DNA of 64,000 nucleotides, taken from the NCBI GenBank assembly GCA_046539305.1, contig JBKHHE010000003.1, positions 1,369-65,368 of the forward strand, written 5' to 3'. The notes beneath the pieces were generated by a model that saw only the letters and a program-made list of their open reading frames with translations, searched no databases and was not told the DNA's origin. Positions 15,845-26,436 of the stretch are shown piece after piece. The DNA is from Candidatus Aenigmatarchaeota archaeon. GTDB lineage: Archaea; Aenigmatarchaeota; Aenigmatarchaeia; PWEA01. A program made the position numbers and the translations under genes. Each line of letters starts with the position of its first letter. Positions within the stretch are counted from its first letter, which is position 1.

Positions 15845-17127
15845 TCTTCTTTTTGTTCTTCGTATAATCCTCCTTCCCTTTCTACTGTGTACCATTCTCC
15901 CTCGTGGCTGAGCAGGTATTCAAAGACCCCCTTTAGCCTCACAAATGCCAGTATCACTCCGGCGAAGAAGGTCAGTACGGAAGCAATGCCGATGAAGGCC
16001 GTTTTGTCCCGGTCCCTGTAGGAGAGGAGCAGCGTCGGTATTGCCGCGATAAGGACAGGTCCGAGGTAAACAAGTTCTACGCCAAGAAGAAGAAGCACGG
16101 TTATCTTCGATAGAAGGCCTATCAAAAATGCGGGTGCAAAGACGCCGAGAATTGCTGCAACCGTAGAAATTATAGCTCTTGGGCTTCCGTTGGTCCAATA
16201 TCCTCTGTGAAGTGCTTTGGAAATTATCTCCACACCTCCCATACTCCACCTCTTTCTTTGTCCCCAGAAATCTTCCAAAGAGTGAGGGGCCTCCATGGTG
16301 TTTGTCACTCTTTTATCAACCTTCACCTTTACCTCCTCCCTGTAACATTTGTGGGTAAAGTCCATGTCCTCGGTTAGCATATCTTCGTATCCGCCTACCT
16401 TTTCCCAGACTTCCCTTGTGATAACTGTGGAGGAGCTTTTCACATATTTGAACCCCAAAATTTCCATGGGTTTAGAGAAGGCATGGTTCAAAACCCTCTC
16501 ACAGTATGCGAGCTTTTCAACCCAGCCTTCAGGAATGGGCACCCTTCTTCCTTGGAAGGCTTCGTAACCTTCCTCGAGGTATCCGACTGCGTTCGGTATA
16601 AAGTTGGGATTGATCAGCTCGTCCGCGTCAAAGAGCGCGTAGTAGTCCACCTCGATGGTATTGAAAGCGGTGTTTAGGGCCTCTGCCTTTGAGCCCGGAT
16701 TCTGATTCATCACGACCTTGCAGGGAAGTTTTCCCGCCTCGTTTATTGTTTCCTCGTCGTCCGGCTCACACACTACGTATATTTCTAAGTCCTCGTAGTT
16801 TGAATCGACAAGACTCGAGACCGTGTCACCGAGACTCTCCGCATCTTTGTATGCCGGGATGACTGCAGCTACTTCGGGGCCGTCTGTTACATTGGGGATA
16901 GGTTTTCTTGAGTAGATCTCCCTGGTCAGAAGTGCTGTGGAGAAAAGAGTTGACAAGGAGAAGATGAGACTGGAGTAGACCGCGTTGAGGATGGTGATAT
17001 GGCCTGCAATGAAAAAGAACTTGAAGACAATACCGCTCATGTTCAGGCCCCGGAAGAAGTTGACCCCGAAAATAACAGAGGCTACCAAAACTACGGCAAG
17101 GAATTCGAGCCTCCGAATCCAGTCCAT
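15826..17127 (-). CDS. Membrane-integrated family-2 glycosyltransferase with a processive-synthase signature
   Basis: GT2 motifs 'FDADE', 'TEDMDF' and 'QRKRW' (Q-x-x-R-W), flanked by N- and C-terminal TM helices. The last 19 nt overlap the tRNA-Gly 3' end antisense. Confidence 0.8.
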   Translation of the reverse strand: MDWIRRLEFLAVVLVASVIFGVNFFRGLNMSGIVFKFFFIAGHITILNAVYSSLIFSLSTLFSTALLTREIYSRKPIPNVTDGPEVAAVIPAYKDAESLGDTVSSLVDSNYEDLEIYVVCEPDDEETINEAGKLPCKVVMNQNPGSKAEALNTAFNTIEVDYYALFDADELINPNFIPNAVGYLEEGYEAFQGRRVPIPEGWVEKLAYCERVLNHAFSKPMEILGFKYVKSSSTVITREVWEKVGGYEDMLTEDMDFTHKCYREEVKVKVDKRVTNTMEAPHSLEDFWGQRKRWSMGGVEIISKALHRGYWTNGSPRAIISTVAAILGVFAPAFLIGLLSKITVLLLLGVELVYLGPVLIAAIPTLLLSYRDRDKTAFIGIASVLTFFAGVILAFVRLKGVFEYLLSHEGEWYTVEREGGLYEEQKEDAAAGI

Positions 17128-17219
17128 ATGACATTTAAACGGACCGGAGCTTTAAAATACTCAGCTATTGAGGTTTGCAAGCTGTGATTTTTTAATCCTG
17201 ATTCCCAAGTATTCAGTAG

Positions 17220-19904
17220 ATGTCCTGGCACGACAAGACCGTTGAGGAAGTTTTCTCCGAGCTTGGAACGTCCGAAGATGGACTGAATAATGGGGAGGCG
17301 AAGAAGAGACTGGAAGAGGAGGGTGAGAACAGGATCGAGAGCGGTCAGAGCACTTCTGCGTTCCAGATTCTTGTGAACCAGTTCAAGGACAACCTGATAT
17401 ACCTCCTTATGGCTGCAGCCCTTCTTTCCGTGTTGGTCGGATTTCTTCCAGGGCACGAGTCAAGGTATATGGAGTCCTTTATAATACTGGTCATACTTCT
17501 GGCCAACGGGCTCTTCGGTTTCTTCCAGGACTACAGGGCCGAGAAATCCATAGAGGCCCTGAAAGAGATGTCGACCTCCAAAACCAAAGTCATAAGAAGT
17601 GGGGAGGTGACGGTGGTCGATTCAAAGGACGTGGTTCCTGGAGATGTAATACAGCTGGAGCAGGGGGATGCGGTGCCTGCCGATGGAAGGCTGATAGAGA
17701 CCGAATCCTTGGCTACGGACGAGTCCAGTCTGACCGGTGAAAGCGTCAACGTTTCGAAGACCGTTTCACTTATCAAGGGCGATGCTCCCATAGCCGAGAG
17801 GGAGAATATGGTATTCAAGAACACTCACGTTGTAAAGGGCAGAGGTAAGGCCGTAGTAGTTGATACAGGGATGGACACGGAGATGGGAAACATGGCCAGG
17901 GAGATAGAGGAGGTCGAGGAGCGGGAGACGCCGTTCCAGGTGGAAGTCGATGAGATGGGGAGGAAGATAGGCTATATAGTTATAGGCATAGTAGCTATGG
18001 TCGCTCTTTTTCAGTTCCTTTTGACCGGGGCTTCACCCATAACTATATTTCTCATGGCCATAAGCCTGGCTGTCGCTGCGATACCTGAGTCACTCCCCGC
18101 GATAGTTACCTTCACCCTCGCGGTCGGTTCGAGGAAGATGCTGAAGAAGGACGCCCTTGTAAGAAGGCTGCCGGTGGTGGAGGCCCTGGGGTCCGTTAAC
18201 TATGTGGTTACTGATAAGACAGGGACCCTGACCGAGGGGATGATGACAGTCGAGAAACTTTATTTTGAGGGAGAGGAGTACGACGTGACGGGAAGGGGAA
18301 CCGAAACGGAGGGAAGGTTTCTCAGTGAGGACGGCGTCGTCGAGACTTCGAAGTTAAAACCTTTGCTGGAATGTGGTCTTTACTGCAACAATGCCGGGAC
18401 TACGGGAAAAGATTCTGACAAGGACTTCCATGGCAGTCCGACGGAAGTGGCCCTCCTCGTTTCCGGAATGAAGGCCGGTCTGGAAAGGGACAAGGAAAGG
18501 ATAAGAAGTGTACCCTTTTCTTCTCAGAGGAAGCGTATGACTGTAGTCACCGAGGAGGGGACGGCCTACATGAAGGGTGCTCCTGAGGTCGTCCTCAAGA
18601 GGTGCGACAGAGTTCTTGAGGACGGGGAAGTTAAGGAAATGACTGATGAGAGGAGAGAGGAAATAATGGAGAAGAACCATGAGTTCGCCAGGGACGCACT
18701 GAGAGTTCTGGCCTTCGCGAGAAAGGAGGTGGAAAATATTGGCGCTGAGGACGACGAGCTGGAAAGCAGGATGGTTTTCCTTGGTCTCCAGGGGATGATA
18801 GACCCTCCGAGAAAGGAGGTTGAGGAAGCTGTGGAAGAATGCAGGGACGCGGGTATAGAAGTCATCATGGCGACTGGTGATAACCTCGAGACGGCGAGGG
18901 CAGTTGGTAAGGAGCTTGGCTTTAACCCGGAGAACGCCCTCACCGGCGAGGAGCTTGATACCCTGAGCGATGAAGAGTTGAAGGATAAGCTGAGGAATGT
19001 AGAAATATTTGCCAGAGTTTCGCCGGAGCACAAGGTAAGATTGCTCGATGCTCTCCAGGAAGAAGGCTACAACGTCGCGATGACCGGGGACGGTGTCAAT
19101 GATGCGCCAGCTTTGAAGGACTCCGACGTCGGGATAGCCATGGGTATAAGGGGGACGGACGTGGCTAAGAAGAGCAGTGATATGATACTTCAGGACGACA
19201 ACTTCGTGACTATAAGGGACGCTATTTCCGAGGGACGGCACATATTCGACAACATAAGGAAGGTTACGAATCAGTTGCTTTCGACTAACTCCGGTGAAGT
19301 CATGTTCGTGTTTCTCGGAACGATAATAGGAGGCCTGTTCTTCCACGAGTACTTCACAGGGCCGAATCCCGTCGTCCTCACCGCGGTCATGATCCTCTGG
19401 GTGAACTTCGCCAGCGACGGACCACCGGCGATGGCACTTGGCGAGGACCCGAAGACTGAAGGGATAATGGAGAGACAGCCTAGGGGTAAAGATGAATCTA
19501 TAATCGACAAAAAAATACTTGCTATGATACTTGTCACGGGACCACTTGCGGCTCTGACAATGCTACCGCTCTTCTTCCTCCACATCGAGAACTTCATCCT
19601 TGCGCAGACCATGCTTTTCGTATCCCTCGCCCTTTTTGAGATCCTCATGTTTTACGTCATAAGGAGGGATTACAACCTTTCGCTTTTCTGCAACAGGTAC
19701 CTACTTTTTGGGATAGGATTTGCCTTTATTTCACACCTTGTGGTCCTCTACTCACCCGTCTCCAACTACTTCGGCGTGGTGCCCCTTGGACTTGAGCACT
19801 GGGGTTACATTGCCACCGGTCTCGGAGTATTTATGGTTCTTGAGATAGTTTTCACCAGGTTCCTTTACAGGAGATACGGGAGAAGGGTTTGCGGTGAAGG
19901 ATAG
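17220..19904 (+). CDS. P-type (P2, Ca2+/cation-transporting) ATPase
   Basis: 894 aa. Phosphorylation motif 'DKTGTLT', 'TGES', 'MATGDN' and 'TGDGVNDAPAL', with 10-TM topology. Confidence 0.9.
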   Translation: MSWHDKTVEEVFSELGTSEDGLNNGEAKKRLEEEGENRIESGQSTSAFQILVNQFKDNLIYLLMAAALLSVLVGFLPGHESRYMESFIILVILLANGLFGFFQDYRAEKSIEALKEMSTSKTKVIRSGEVTVVDSKDVVPGDVIQLEQGDAVPADGRLIETESLATDESSLTGESVNVSKTVSLIKGDAPIAERENMVFKNTHVVKGRGKAVVVDTGMDTEMGNMAREIEEVEERETPFQVEVDEMGRKIGYIVIGIVAMVALFQFLLTGASPITIFLMAISLAVAAIPESLPAIVTFTLAVGSRKMLKKDALVRRLPVVEALGSVNYVVTDKTGTLTEGMMTVEKLYFEGEEYDVTGRGTETEGRFLSEDGVVETSKLKPLLECGLYCNNAGTTGKDSDKDFHGSPTEVALLVSGMKAGLERDKERIRSVPFSSQRKRMTVVTEEGTAYMKGAPEVVLKRCDRVLEDGEVKEMTDERREEIMEKNHEFARDALRVLAFARKEVENIGAEDDELESRMVFLGLQGMIDPPRKEVEEAVEECRDAGIEVIMATGDNLETARAVGKELGFNPENALTGEELDTLSDEELKDKLRNVEIFARVSPEHKVRLLDALQEEGYNVAMTGDGVNDAPALKDSDVGIAMGIRGTDVAKKSSDMILQDDNFVTIRDAISEGRHIFDNIRKVTNQLLSTNSGEVMFVFLGTIIGGLFFHEYFTGPNPVVLTAVMILWVNFASDGPPAMALGEDPKTEGIMERQPRGKDESIIDKKILAMILVTGPLAALTMLPLFFLHIENFILAQTMLFVSLALFEILMFYVIRRDYNLSLFCNRYLLFGIGFAFISHLVVLYSPVSNYFGVVPLGLEHWGYIATGLGVFMVLEIVFTRFLYRRYGRRVCGEG

Positions 19905-19920
19905 TTCGGGGCGGACCGAA
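19905..19920 (+). terminator. Hairpin immediately after the ATPase stop (possible terminator or RNA end structure)
   Basis: TTCGG-GGCGGA-CCGAA forms a 5-bp stem followed by an A/T-rich tract. The function is inferred only. Confidence 0.3.
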
Positions 19921-19952
19921 TATATAAATTTCCGGAAGGAAGGGTTGATTGC

Positions 19953-20255
19953 ATGAAACCGAAATGGCAGAAGGACATCGCGAGAGAGAGGATAGGGATA
20001 CTGTTCCAGGAGGCCGGGGAAGCCTTTCCGAAGCACAAGGATCGCGCCGACAGGTACGTGGAGCTGGCGAGGAAGATAGCGATGCGGTACAGGGTGAAGA
20101 TACCGAAGGAACTAAAGAAAAAAATCTGCGAGAGCTGCTACAGCTACATAAAGCCCGGCGTGAACTGTGAAACGGAAGTGGACAGTGAAGAGAAGACTGT
20201 GAAGTGGAGATGCGAGGAATGCGGGCACGTGAAAAGGTATCCCTACGAGGGATAG
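19953..20255 (+). CDS. rnp4: RNase P protein component 4 (Rpp21/Rpr2)
   Basis: 'ARERIGILFQEA...ADRYVELARKIAMRYRVKIPKELKKKICESCYSYIKPG...WRCEECGH' matches the Rpr2 helical N-terminus plus zinc ribbon. Confidence 0.8.
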   Translation: MKPKWQKDIARERIGILFQEAGEAFPKHKDRADRYVELARKIAMRYRVKIPKELKKKICESCYSYIKPGVNCETEVDSEEKTVKWRCEECGHVKRYPYEG

Positions 20256-20341
20256 TTTAAGCTTTAAAAACCTTAACGTTGTATTAAAGTCAGTGGAATC
20301 CTGGGAACAGGCTTTCCAAGTTCAAGCGAGGTTTTGAAACT

Positions 20342-20761
20342 ATGGTTACAGTTTACGATGTAAGACCCAATCAGCTCATAGAGGCAGTTGCAGAAGAGTT
20401 AAAACAAAAGGAAGAGGTGGAGCAGCCGGACTGGAGCCGGTTCGTCAAAACTTCCGCCGCCAAGGAAAGACCTCCGGAGCGGGAGGACTGGTGGTACAGA
20501 AGAGCTGCTTCCCTGCTGCGCAAGCTATACGTAAAAGGGCCCCTGGGCGTCAATCGCCTTCGCGAGGAGTACAGTGACAGGCGCGACCGCGGACATAAAC
20601 CGGATCACTCGTACCCCGCAGGAGGAAAGATAATAAGGGTCGCACTCCAGCAGCTGGAGGAAGCTGGCTTCCTGGAGAAGAATGAGGGTGAAGGTAGGAA
20701 AATAACCCCGGAGGGACGGTCCTTCCTGGACGGTATCGCCGAAAACGTTAAGGAGGGGTAG
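20342..20761 (+). CDS. rps19e: 30S ribosomal protein S19e
   Basis: 'VTVYDV.PNQLIEAVAEELK', 'PDWSRFVKTSAAKERPP..DWWYRRAASLLRKLY'. Confidence 0.9.
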   Translation: MVTVYDVRPNQLIEAVAEELKQKEEVEQPDWSRFVKTSAAKERPPEREDWWYRRAASLLRKLYVKGPLGVNRLREEYSDRRDRGHKPDHSYPAGGKIIRVALQQLEEAGFLEKNEGEGRKITPEGRSFLDGIAENVKEG

Positions 20762-20762
20762 G

Positions 20763-21095
20763 ATGGACGAAGACGAGATAAAAAAGATAAAGGAGCAGAA
20801 AAAAAGGGATTTACAGGAGAGACAGGGGGCGGAGGAACAGAGGAAGGAGATGGAGAAGAAGCTCGAGCAGAAGAGGAAACAGGCCCTGAAGAAAGTCCTT
20901 ACCAAGGACGCAAGGGAGAGGCTCAACAGGGTCAGGCTGGCGGACGAGCAGGTCGCCCAGCAGCTTGAAACCTATCTGATTAGACTGGGCCAGTCCGGTC
21001 AGGTCAGGGAAAAGGTGGACGAGGACAAGTTAAAGAAAATACTCAAGTCCCTGAAGGACGAAACAAAAAAGGATTGGAACATAAAGAGGAAATGA
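20763..21095 (+). CDS. PDCD5/TFAR19-like DNA-binding protein
   Basis: A K/E-rich helical ~110-aa protein ('LTKDARERLNRVRLADEQVAQQLETYLIRL') in the conserved position between S19e and L39e. Confidence 0.75.
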   Translation: MDEDEIKKIKEQKKRDLQERQGAEEQRKEMEKKLEQKRKQALKKVLTKDARERLNRVRLADEQVAQQLETYLIRLGQSGQVREKVDEDKLKKILKSLKDETKKDWNIKRK

Positions 21096-21096
21096 T

Positions 21097-21248
21097 ATGT
21101 CTTCGAGAAAGACGAAAGGCAAGAAAAAGAAGCTAGTTAAGAAGGGCAGTCTCGGCGATGCGCCCGTCTGGGCCTCTATAAGGAAGTACGGAATGAAGAG
21201 AAGCAGGACCAGAAGAATTCGTGTCAACAAGGGCAAGCACTGGAGAGA

Positions 21249-21252
<4 letters not shown>
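21097..21252 (+). CDS. rpl39e: 50S ribosomal protein L39e (not in the ORF track; below 60 aa)
   Basis: My translation is MSSRKTKGKKKKLVKKGSLGDAPVWASIRKYGMKRSRTRRIRVNKGKHWRE. It sits in the conserved position upstream of L31e. Confidence 0.85.
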
Positions 21253-21896
<644 letters not shown>

Positions 21897-21912
21897 TGGT
21901 TCTACAGATATT

Positions 21913-22584
21913 ATGACAGATATAAAGAGGACGAACTTTGACGGAGATCCAAATCTAGGTTTGCACGCGGAAACAACGGATGAATTCTGTATAATGGATC
22001 CTGGACTTTCCGAGGGTTGCTACCGACCTGTGGAGGAAGTTCTTGAGGTGGGTGTGGTTAAGACTGCGGTTTCTGGATCAAGCATGCCCGGGATATTCTG
22101 CGCTGCCAACTCCAAGGGGATCGCTTTACCTAGAAACGTTGAGGAGGTGGAGAAAGAGAGGTTGGAGGAGCTGGGATTGGACTATAAGGTAATAAAATCA
22201 AGACAGACCGCACTGGGAAACCTAATTCTTGTCAACGACGATGTATGTTTCATTTCCGAAAGGTTAGAGGATGTAAAGGAGGATCTGGAGAATCTTTTCG
22301 GGGTTCCCGTTTACTCGGGGACAGTTGCAGGCACCGACCTTATGGGAAGCAGTTCCGTGGTCACTAACCAGGGACTTCTTTGCCACAGGGACGTTACGGA
22401 CGGAGAGATGGATCTTCTCGAGGAAAAGTTTGGTCTGGAGTGCGGGAGGGGGACGGTAAACTTTGGAGTTCCGTTTGTCGGCGCCTGTATAATTGCGAAC
22501 AGCAAGGGTGTCCTGGTGAGCGAGGGCACAACGGGGCCGGAGCTTGGCAGGATAGAACAAGCTTTAATACTGCAGTCAGGATAA
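21913..22584 (+). CDS. eif6: Translation initiation factor 6 (aIF6)
   Basis: 223 aa with pentein repeat pattern ('GDPNLGLHAETTDEF', 'GSSMPGIFCAANSKG', 'TALGNLILVNDD'). It follows L31e as in other archaea. Confidence 0.9.
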   Translation: MTDIKRTNFDGDPNLGLHAETTDEFCIMDPGLSEGCYRPVEEVLEVGVVKTAVSGSSMPGIFCAANSKGIALPRNVEEVEKERLEELGLDYKVIKSRQTALGNLILVNDDVCFISERLEDVKEDLENLFGVPVYSGTVAGTDLMGSSSVVTNQGLLCHRDVTDGEMDLLEEKFGLECGRGTVNFGVPFVGACIIANSKGVLVSEGTTGPELGRIEQALILQSG

Positions 22585-22598
22585 CTTTAAGGGGTAGC

Positions 22599-23501
22599 AT
22601 GTTCTCCAAGTTCAAGGATAAAGTTGGGAACGCTCTGAATAGGGCTGAGAAGGAAATCACGGAGAAGGAGATAGGTGATGAGGAGCTGGAGGAAGTTCTT
22701 GATGAGCTGAAGGTCTCCCTTCTTCAATCGGATGTTGCACTGGAGACAGCGGAGGATATATGCAGAGATTTGAGGGACAAACTTGTAGGTCAGGAAGTGA
22801 AGAGGACGAAGGTCAAAGACGTTGTAAAGGAGAGCTTCCGGTATACTGTCAAGGACGTACTTTCACAGGAGAGGTTTAACCTGGTGGAGGAAATAAAAAA
22901 AGAGGACGGCCCCTCTCTGGTTTTGTTTTTAGGATTCAATGGCAGCGGCAAGACATCGACCCTGGTTAAATTTGCTTCCATGCTTAAGGAGGAAGGTATG
23001 AGCCCCGTGCTCGCTGCCGGTGACACGTATCGCGCGGCTTCGATCGAGCAGCTAGAGGAGCACGGTAGAAAGCTTGGAATGAAAGTCATAAAACATGACT
23101 ACGGCTCGGACGCAGCAGCGGTCATATACGACGCAGTGGAACATGCTGAGGCCGAAGGCAAGGAGGTGGTGCTTGCGGATACCGCGGGAAGATCGCATTC
23201 CGATGCGAACCTTATGGACGAGCTGAGGAAGATATGCAGGGTTAACGATCCGGACTGGAGGGTTCTGGTGATAGACTCCCTAACCGGCAACGACGCCGTG
23301 GATCAGGCCAAGGAGTTTGAAGAGGCTGTGGGTATAGACGGCGTGGTCCTTACGAAGATGGACGTCAACGAGAAGGGAGGAGCGGCCCTCTCCGTCGCAC
23401 ACACCCTGAACAAACCCATCCTCTATATAGGTGTGGGGCAGGAGTACGAGGACCTTGAAAGTTTCGATCCCGGGAAAATTTCACAGAGGATTCTGGACTG
23501 A
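22599..23501 (+). CDS. ftsY: Signal recognition particle receptor FtsY
   Basis: The start was chosen at 'MFSKFKDKVGNAL'. The SRP GTPase NG domain has 'FLGFNGSGKTST', 'DTAGR', 'LTKMD' and 'GVGQEYEDL'. The upstream part of track ORF 22380-23501 overlaps aIF6 and looks non-coding. Confidence 0.9.
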   Translation: MFSKFKDKVGNALNRAEKEITEKEIGDEELEEVLDELKVSLLQSDVALETAEDICRDLRDKLVGQEVKRTKVKDVVKESFRYTVKDVLSQERFNLVEEIKKEDGPSLVLFLGFNGSGKTSTLVKFASMLKEEGMSPVLAAGDTYRAASIEQLEEHGRKLGMKVIKHDYGSDAAAVIYDAVEHAEAEGKEVVLADTAGRSHSDANLMDELRKICRVNDPDWRVLVIDSLTGNDAVDQAKEFEEAVGIDGVVLTKMDVNEKGGAALSVAHTLNKPILYIGVGQEYEDLESFDPGKISQRILD

Positions 23502-23537
23502 GACATTTTTTTATTCTTTCGAATCTAAAGCTTAGGC

Positions 23538-24857
23538 ATGTCAGTATTCAGGAAGTACGACTTCAGAGGAATTTATCCTTCGGAGCTTGACGAGAAGAAG
23601 GCAAAAAAGATAGCAAAGGCGTTCGTTGAAGTCAAGGGGCTCCCGGGGAAAAGAATCGCAGTTGGAAGGGATATTCGGAGAAGCTCCCCCAAAATTTCCG
23701 AAGCTGTGGTAGAAGGTATCAGGGAACAAGGCTGTGACGTGGTAGATATAGGGGAGACTGCGACACCCGTTCTTTACTACGAGGTCGTCGAAGATAATCT
23801 TGACGGTGGTGCCATGGTGACCGCTTCACACAATCCAAAGGAATATACTGGTGTAAGATTTTGTGAAGAAAAAGGCTTGGACCTGACCTATGAAGCAGGT
23901 ATAAAAGAAATGGAGGAGGTCCATGACTCGGATTTCGTCTCCAGAGAAAGGGGAAGCCTTGCAGAAAAAGATGTTCATGAAGGATTTCTAGAAAAAGTAG
24001 CCTCTTCTGTGAGTCTGGAAAAGGAATTCAAGGTGGTTCTGGACCCGGGCAATGGATCCGCCAGTCTCTTCGCCGAGGGAGCCTTTGAGAGGTTGGGGTG
24101 CAAAGTGGAGATGATAAATTCCAAGGTAGACGGAACCTTTCCTGCGCGAGGGCCCGATCCTGTCGAGAATATAGGTGAATTAGGAGACGTGGTTGTAGAT
24201 AAAGACGCAGATCTGGGCATAGCTTTCGACGGGGACGGTGACAGAGGTGTTTTTGTTGACGAGGAAGGAAAAAGGGTTGAAAATGATATTCTTCTCGCTC
24301 TTTTTGTGAAAAATTTCGCAGGGGAGAACGATGTGATAGTTCACGACGTCAAGTCCTCTAAGGTGGTGGAGGATATAATAAATGAGATTAATGCCCAGGA
24401 CGTTTCGTACAGGGTAGGGATGAGCTATATAAAGAGGGAGATGGTCGAGCGCGGAGCTGAACTGGGCGGTGAATACACAGGCCACTTCTTCTTCAGGGAC
24501 AACGACTACTACGATGATCCCTTTTACGCGGCGGCGAAGCTCCTCGAGGTAATGGACGAAAAGGGAAAGCTCTCGGAGATTGTGAAGGAACTTCCAGAAT
24601 ACCACTCATCTCCCGAGATAAGACTCGCCTGTTCAAACAAGGAGCAAGTTCCCCAGAAGCTTAAAGAGGAGTTCTCCGAGCAAAGGATAGTTTCGATAGA
24701 TGGAGCAAAGATTTACTTTGAGGACGGGTGGGCGCTTGTGAGACCCTCTGGCACCGAGGACAAGATTTCCCTGCGCTTCGAGGCGGAGACAGAAGAGAAG
24801 CTGAAGGAGATAAAAGAGAATGTAATGGATAAAGTAGAGGATTACATCAAGGATTAA
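23538..24857 (+). CDS. Phosphoglucomutase/phosphomannomutase family (candidate phosphoglucosamine mutase)
   Basis: Active-site 'TASHNP', Mg site 'FDGDGDR', 'GGEYTGH' and C-terminal 'RPSGTE'. Confidence 0.85.
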   Translation: MSVFRKYDFRGIYPSELDEKKAKKIAKAFVEVKGLPGKRIAVGRDIRRSSPKISEAVVEGIREQGCDVVDIGETATPVLYYEVVEDNLDGGAMVTASHNPKEYTGVRFCEEKGLDLTYEAGIKEMEEVHDSDFVSRERGSLAEKDVHEGFLEKVASSVSLEKEFKVVLDPGNGSASLFAEGAFERLGCKVEMINSKVDGTFPARGPDPVENIGELGDVVVDKDADLGIAFDGDGDRGVFVDEEGKRVENDILLALFVKNFAGENDVIVHDVKSSKVVEDIINEINAQDVSYRVGMSYIKREMVERGAELGGEYTGHFFFRDNDYYDDPFYAAAKLLEVMDEKGKLSEIVKELPEYHSSPEIRLACSNKEQVPQKLKEEFSEQRIVSIDGAKIYFEDGWALVRPSGTEDKISLRFEAETEEKLKEIKENVMDKVEDYIKD

Positions 24858-24929
24858 GAATTCCCGAAAATTTAAATAGGACAGGAAACTAAGTGTATAG
24901 GGCTTTTTCTCCTCCTCCTGGAGGATAGA

Positions 24930-25316
24930 ATGGAACTTCCCAATAGAGCCGAGAATACGGACGGAGAAAACTACTTCGGCAGAGTTGACCTCGAGGTAAC
25001 AGTCGGAGACGATGGAGGGTACGAGATAAAGAATGACCACTTCAACAGAGCTTATTCTTTGACCCCGGGATCCCTGCTGTTCGAGTACAGGAACAATATG
25101 GAAGGAAGGCACGTGGTCTTTGCTAGAAGGGCTAGAGAGAACGGCAATGAGAAGGAACTACTTGGGATCGAGGCGGGCGAAGTTGTAAGGGACAGTTCGG
25201 GAAATGGAGAAATGATAGAATACGAGGTCTTGGACTATTTTCCGGGCCTGGATCTCTACGAAGTCAGGAAGAATCCTGAGAGCTACCTCGAAAAAATCCT
25301 GCCGAAGCTGGATTGA
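24930..25316 (+). CDS. Hypothetical protein (no recognisable family)
   Basis: A 128-aa ORF in its own intergenic context. Codon and amino-acid usage resemble the neighbours. Confidence 0.4.
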   Translation: MELPNRAENTDGENYFGRVDLEVTVGDDGGYEIKNDHFNRAYSLTPGSLLFEYRNNMEGRHVVFARRARENGNEKELLGIEAGEVVRDSSGNGEMIEYEVLDYFPGLDLYEVRKNPESYLEKILPKLD

Positions 25317-25404
25317 AAGTGCGACCTGAAGGAGCACTTTAGACGTTATTCTTTTCTATTAACTTCCAGGAACATTTTTAATCTTCGCTTACAAAACTCT
25401 AGCT

Positions 25405-26436
25405 ATGGATCTGGAGGAGAAAAAGAAGCTGATATTTAGGAAGCCTGTGGACGAAGTCGTCACTGAGGAGGAGCTTGAAGAAATTCTCGAAAAGGATGAG
25501 CCCAGCGCTTACATAGGATACGCTCCCACAGGAGAGATGCATATAGGTCACTTCACCACCGTCAGGAAGATAGCCGATTTTCTCCGTGCAGGGTTTAAAT
25601 TTAAAGTCCTCGTCGCTGACATACATGCTGAGCTGGACGTTGAAAAGACCCCCAAGGAGCTGCTTTACGCGAGAACTGAGTGGTACACGGAAGCGATGAA
25701 AGGCATGATAGAGGCGGCAGGAGCCGAACTCGATAAAGTTGAGATCGTCAAAGGTAGCGATTTCCAGCACGAAAAGGACTATCAGAAGGGTTACATGCAT
25801 CTCATGGAAAACGCGACCGTGAATCGGGCACAAAGAGCTTCCAGTGAGGTCGTCAGGCATGAGGAGAGTATTAAAGCGTCTGGGGTGTTATACCCCTTCA
25901 TGCAGATAATGGACTGTGTGGCCCTCGACGTCGACATCGCCTATTCCGGCACAGATCAGAGAAGGATATATATGCTTGGAAGGGAGACTCTGCCCAAGGT
26001 AGGAGAGGAAAAAATAACCTGCGTCTTCTCTGAGATGCTTCCTGGACTTGAAGGTGGAAAGATGAGCTCTTCGGAAAAAGGTTCGAAGGTGGCGGTGACG
26101 GACTCACCAGAAGTGATAAAGGAAAGGATAGAAAACGCTTACTGTCCTGAGGGAAAGGTGGAGGGAAACACAGTTCTTCAGTACGTTGATAACCTTTTGT
26201 TTCCACTTCTCCACGATAGGGATGAGAAGTTCCATATAGAAAGGCCCAAAAAGTACGGCGGCAATGTGGAGTATAGTAACTATAGGGGACTTGAGGAGGA
26301 TTTCGAGAGAGGAGATCTTCATCCACAGGATCTGAAACTCGCGCTAGCCGAAAAGCTGGCCGAAATCCTTAAGCCTGTAAGAGACCGCTTTGAAGGTAAG
26401 AAGGGCCTGGCTGAGAAAGCCTTTCCTGACGAATAG
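25405..26436 (+). CDS. tyrS: Tyrosyl-tRNA synthetase (archaeal type)
   Basis: Class I motifs 'GYAPTGEMHIGH' (HIGH) and 'KMSSS'. Size and 'QIMD' are typical of archaeal TyrRS. Confidence 0.85.
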   Translation: MDLEEKKKLIFRKPVDEVVTEEELEEILEKDEPSAYIGYAPTGEMHIGHFTTVRKIADFLRAGFKFKVLVADIHAELDVEKTPKELLYARTEWYTEAMKGMIEAAGAELDKVEIVKGSDFQHEKDYQKGYMHLMENATVNRAQRASSEVVRHEESIKASGVLYPFMQIMDCVALDVDIAYSGTDQRRIYMLGRETLPKVGEEKITCVFSEMLPGLEGGKMSSSEKGSKVAVTDSPEVIKERIENAYCPEGKVEGNTVLQYVDNLLFPLLHDRDEKFHIERPKKYGGNVEYSNYRGLEEDFERGDLHPQDLKLALAEKLAEILKPVRDRFEGKKGLAEKAFPDE

